A stretch of DNA of 63,129 bases, the filler included. It is 5 parts of 5 records of this genome, joined end to end, with 100 filler letters (N's around TTAATTAATTAA, not from the genome) between each part and the next. Parts side by side here need not be neighbours in the genome. Positions count along the whole stretch, not along the records: positions 55,509 to 63,129 come from SRR31156797_1734; 4 more parts are not named here. The stretch is one strand, 5' to 3'. Below the pieces are notes generated by a model. The model searched no databases. It worked only from the letters and a program-made list of their open reading frames with translations, and was not told the DNA's origin. Below, one piece after another: positions 60,038-63,129 of the stretch. The position numbers and the translations under genes were made by a program. The first letter of the stretch is position 1. Each line of letters opens with the position of its first letter.

Positions 60038-60409
60038 ATGATGAAGAAACTAGATATACTTCTCTATTTAATAATATTTGTATTAATGGCTGCAGTTTTG
60101 AATGCTGCAATGTCAATTAAAACAGGAGAAGCGGAAAATGTTGAAATATTTGTAAACAATGAATTGCAATATACATACAAATTATCAAATGAACAAAAAA
60201 TTATACAGGTTCCAACAGACATTGGAGGCGTAGAAATAGAATTCAAAGATAAACAAGTTAGAGTAACAAAATCTTTTTCACCTAAGAAACTATGTGTTAA
60301 GCAAGGTTGGATCTCCGAAACAGGAGAAACAATAATTGGAGTACCGGACAAGTTATTAGTTAAGATAAGTGGAAATAGAATAGATGGTGTTGATGTTATT
60401 CTAAGATAA
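60038..60409 (+). CDS. NusG domain II-containing (Lin0431-like) exported protein
   Basis: N-terminal TM; VRVTKSFSPKKLCVKQGWISETGETIIGVPDKL. Confidence 0.82.
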   Translation: MMKKLDILLYLIIFVLMAAVLNAAMSIKTGEAENVEIFVNNELQYTYKLSNEQKIIQVPTDIGGVEIEFKDKQVRVTKSFSPKKLCVKQGWISETGETIIGVPDKLLVKISGNRIDGVDVILR

Positions 60410-60427
60410 AGAAATATAGTTATGAGT

Positions 60428-60459
60428 AAATCCACTAATTTTTATGTTAGTGGATTTTT
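60428..60459 (+). terminator. Intrinsic terminator
   Basis: AAATCCACTAA...TTAGTGGATTT followed by T residues. Confidence 0.65.
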
Positions 60460-60574
60460 ATTTATTAATAATTTTTTTATAATAATAATATAGAAAACAA
60501 AGGAAAATGAAGTTTTTTTGGTATTTTATAGTAGCAAATAAAATGCGTAATTATGCAGAGAGCGAGGTATAACT

Positions 60575-62089
60575 GTGAATGTTGATTATCACAAGTGGTT
60601 AGATGAATTAATTGAGATAGGTATTTCCTTATCAGCAGAGAGAGATGTTGATAAATTACTAGATATCATTCTTGAAGAGAGTATGAATATCACAAATAGT
60701 GATGGTGGAAGTATTTATGTAAAAGAAGAGGGAGATACATTAAGGTTTGCTCTTGCAAAAAACAGATCAAGGGATATTGATTTTAAAGAGTTTCATCTTG
60801 CAATTAATAAAAAAAGTATAGCCGGATATGTAGCCTTAACCGGAGAAGCTTTGAATATTCATAATGTAAATCAAATTCCCGAGCATTTGGGTTTAAGTTA
60901 TAACTCTAGTTTTGATAAAACGATTAATTATAAAACTGTAAATATGGTTACGATTCCTATGAAAGATTTCAATGGAGAGATAGTTGGAGTAGTACAGTTA
61001 CTGAATAAGAAAAAATCAGGAGACGTAATTCTCGGTGAACCACCTACAATAGAAATACAAATCGTAGATTATCAAATGACAGAGATTAATATAATTAGTT
61101 CATTAGCATCTCAGGCAGGAATATTGATAGAAAGAACGATACTTTATAATGAAATAACAGAACTATTGCAGTCGTTTATAGAATCAATGGTGATGACGCT
61201 TGAAACAAGGGATAATACCACGTCAGGTCATTCACGACGTTTAGCTGGTTATGCAATTAAATTTTTAGAATCAGTAAATGGAGTAAATTACGGGAAATAT
61301 AGTGCTTTAAGATTTGATAAAGATCAAGTTCGAGAAATATATTATGCCGGATTATTGCATGATATAGGAAAAATCGGAGTAAAAGAGGATGTACTGCAAA
61401 AAAGAGGACGTTTAAAAGACGATAGAATAGAAGCTATTAAATTTAGATATAAATATATTAAAGCGATGTTATTAAAACAACAACTAGAAAAAGGTTTAAA
61501 TTCCAGACAAGAGCTATTACTTGGTACAATTGATGATTGTTTTGATTTTGTTAATGAAGTAAATAGCAAGGGTTATATAGATGAAGATACAGAAACAAGG
61601 CTTAAAAACTTAAGAAAAATGGTTATAGTTTTTGGTGATGAAGAACTACGAATGTTAGATGATTTTGAATATGAAAATCTATCTATCAAACGTGGAAACT
61701 TAACAGTTTCAGAGAGAAAAGAGATAGAATCACATGTGGTTCATACTTGGAATATTTTAAAAGGTATTAAATGGAGTAAATCATTAAAAGAGGTACCTCT
61801 GATAGCAGGTAGCCATCATGAAAAGATAAATGGAAAAGGTTATCCGAAAGGTCTTAAGGGTGACGAGATACCTGTACAGGCTAGAATCTTGGCAATACTG
61901 GATATCTTTGAAGCTCTGACGGCAAGAGACCGACCATACAAGAAACCGATGAGTGTGGAGAGAGCGATAGATATACTTGGAAAAGAAGTCGCAAACGATC
62001 ATCTTGATAAGGAATTATTTGATATATTTATGAATGAAAAAATATTTGAACTTTATAAAGAAGAATTAGACAAGATATTGAAAATTTAA
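60575..62089 (+). CDS. GAF + HD-GYP cyclic-dinucleotide phosphodiesterase-like protein
   Basis: GAF (SIAGYVALTG, VGVVQLLNKK), TSGHSRR, LLHDIGK, HHEKINGKGYP, DIFEALTARDRPYK. Confidence 0.92.
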   Translation: MNVDYHKWLDELIEIGISLSAERDVDKLLDIILEESMNITNSDGGSIYVKEEGDTLRFALAKNRSRDIDFKEFHLAINKKSIAGYVALTGEALNIHNVNQIPEHLGLSYNSSFDKTINYKTVNMVTIPMKDFNGEIVGVVQLLNKKKSGDVILGEPPTIEIQIVDYQMTEINIISSLASQAGILIERTILYNEITELLQSFIESMVMTLETRDNTTSGHSRRLAGYAIKFLESVNGVNYGKYSALRFDKDQVREIYYAGLLHDIGKIGVKEDVLQKRGRLKDDRIEAIKFRYKYIKAMLLKQQLEKGLNSRQELLLGTIDDCFDFVNEVNSKGYIDEDTETRLKNLRKMVIVFGDEELRMLDDFEYENLSIKRGNLTVSERKEIESHVVHTWNILKGIKWSKSLKEVPLIAGSHHEKINGKGYPKGLKGDEIPVQARILAILDIFEALTARDRPYKKPMSVERAIDILGKEVANDHLDKELFDIFMNEKIFELYKEELDKILKI

Positions 62090-62105
62090 TATGGAGGTCT
62101 TGAGA

Positions 62106-62996
62106 ATGTCAGAATTCAAAATAAAATTTTGGGGAGTTCGGGGCAGTTATCCCGTCTCTGGAGAAAAGTTTGTTAAATATGGTGGAAATACCACGTGTAT
62201 CTCGATGGAAATTGGTGATAAGATATTAATTTTTGATGCAGGAACAGGACTTATTAATCTTGGAAATGAGATAATAAAAGAAAAAAAATATGATGTTATG
62301 AATATGTTTTTCACTCATACTCACATTGATCATGTACAGGGTTTACCTTATTTTACTCCTGCTTATTCCGGTAAAAAAACACTTAATATTTTAGGACCGA
62401 CAGTTTTTGACAAAAACATTGAAGAGGTTTTGTCAACATTAATGTCATACCAGTTTTTTCCTGTAAAACTGAATCAGCTTTCGTGTAATATGAGAGCTTT
62501 TCATATATCGGACAATCAAGTGATTATCCTGAGAAAAGGGGAAAAAATTCCTTTACGATTTAATAAATTTCATGATAATTATGCTTTTCGTGAAGGGGAT
62601 GTAGTAGTAAGAATGCTAAGAGAACCAAATCATCCTGTTGGAGGGGTATCGATATATAAAATAGAATATAAGGGAAAAACTGTAGTATTTGCAACTGATC
62701 TTGAAGGATATATCGGAGGTAATACTAATTTAATTAAATTTGCTAACGGAGCGGATATATTGATCCATGACTGTGCATATAGTGAAGAGGAATACCTTCA
62801 TAGACAGGGTTGGGGACATAGCACTCCACTTATGGCAGTAACAAATGCTAAAAAGGCAAATGTAAAAAAACTTTTTTTAACACATCATGAACCATATGAA
62901 ACAGATCAGGTTATTTCAAATAAGCTGGAAATAGCAAGGGAAAAATTTGTAAATAGCTTTTTAGCCTACGAAGGGTTAGAAATAGAAGTTTTATAG
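62106..62996 (+). CDS. Metallo-beta-lactamase-fold hydrolase
   Basis: FWGVRGS, YGGNTTC, FDAGTG, THTHIDH, TDLE, HD, GWGHS, THHEP; SD GGAGG supports a start at 62106. Confidence 0.9.
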   Translation: MSEFKIKFWGVRGSYPVSGEKFVKYGGNTTCISMEIGDKILIFDAGTGLINLGNEIIKEKKYDVMNMFFTHTHIDHVQGLPYFTPAYSGKKTLNILGPTVFDKNIEEVLSTLMSYQFFPVKLNQLSCNMRAFHISDNQVIILRKGEKIPLRFNKFHDNYAFREGDVVVRMLREPNHPVGGVSIYKIEYKGKTVVFATDLEGYIGGNTNLIKFANGADILIHDCAYSEEEYLHRQGWGHSTPLMAVTNAKKANVKKLFLTHHEPYETDQVISNKLEIAREKFVNSFLAYEGLEIEVL

Positions 62997-63024
62997 TTGG
63001 GGTGTTTTGTTTAAACTTTATAAC

Positions 63025-63129
63025 TATATAAGTTTTAGTTTCTTATTGGTATAGCCTCATTGCTAAACACCATTAAGACACTGGATGTTTAAGCTCGATG
63101 CTGTACTCGAAACTAATTAAAACTTATAT
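63025..63129. repeat. ~105-nt long-hairpin element with TATA ends (MITE/ERIC-like or structured RNA)
   Basis: ATATAAGTTTTA (63026-63037) pairs with TAAAACTTATAT (63118-63129); inner stems GTTTC/GAAAC, GGTATAGC/GCTGTACT, TAAACA/TGTTTA, CCA/TGG. Confidence 0.55.

Noticed and set aside
1-63129. CRISPR array, cas genes, rRNA, integrase or prophage genes
   Set aside because: No regularly spaced repeats or recognisable proteins of these types were seen

Overview
The window is not one locus. It is five unrelated contigs joined by identical 100-nt artificial linkers (N44-TTAATTAATTAA-N44) at 19197-19296, 27344-27443, 40584-40683 and 55409-55508. Taxonomy below is inferred from composition and gene content. 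Contig 1 (1-19196, mid-GC, Desulfobulbales-like) carries ALDH7, a decayed IS200 tnpA, YbgA/DUF523, a UbiB kinase, Nudix, Usp, PsiE, cydAB, AKR, a permease pair, an orphan beta-rich protein and a PAS kinase. It also carries a peroxiredoxin-like gene that the ORF track truncates, because it reads through an in-frame TGA followed by a SECIS-like hairpin (predicted selenoprotein, RHFG-U-VFS). Contigs 2-4 (very AT-rich, Arcobacteraceae-like) hold housekeeping genes (hisD, aroK, exbBD, fbaA, PEB4-like PPIase, hsrA, sstT, ppnP, recO) and a surface-glycan cluster. Contig 3 has the best candidate for an undescribed system: a MoxR-type AAA+ ATPase, a DUF2201/vWA protein whose HEXXH glutamate is replaced (HTLLH), two unannotated helical proteins that are paralogues of each other (44/139 identities, ungapped), a nitrogenase-associated ArsC/NifO-like gene, and two sigma54-type -24/-12 motifs. 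Contig 5 (AT-rich, probably Fusobacteriota) has a tRNA 3' end, an esterase, XRE-TPR and GntR regulators, a candidate ~97-nt sRNA with C-rich loops, a GAF/HD-GYP plus MBL hydrolase pair, and a ~105-nt TATA-ended hairpin element at the window end. No CRISPR array or rRNA was seen. All family calls come from motif recognition by eye, not database searches.
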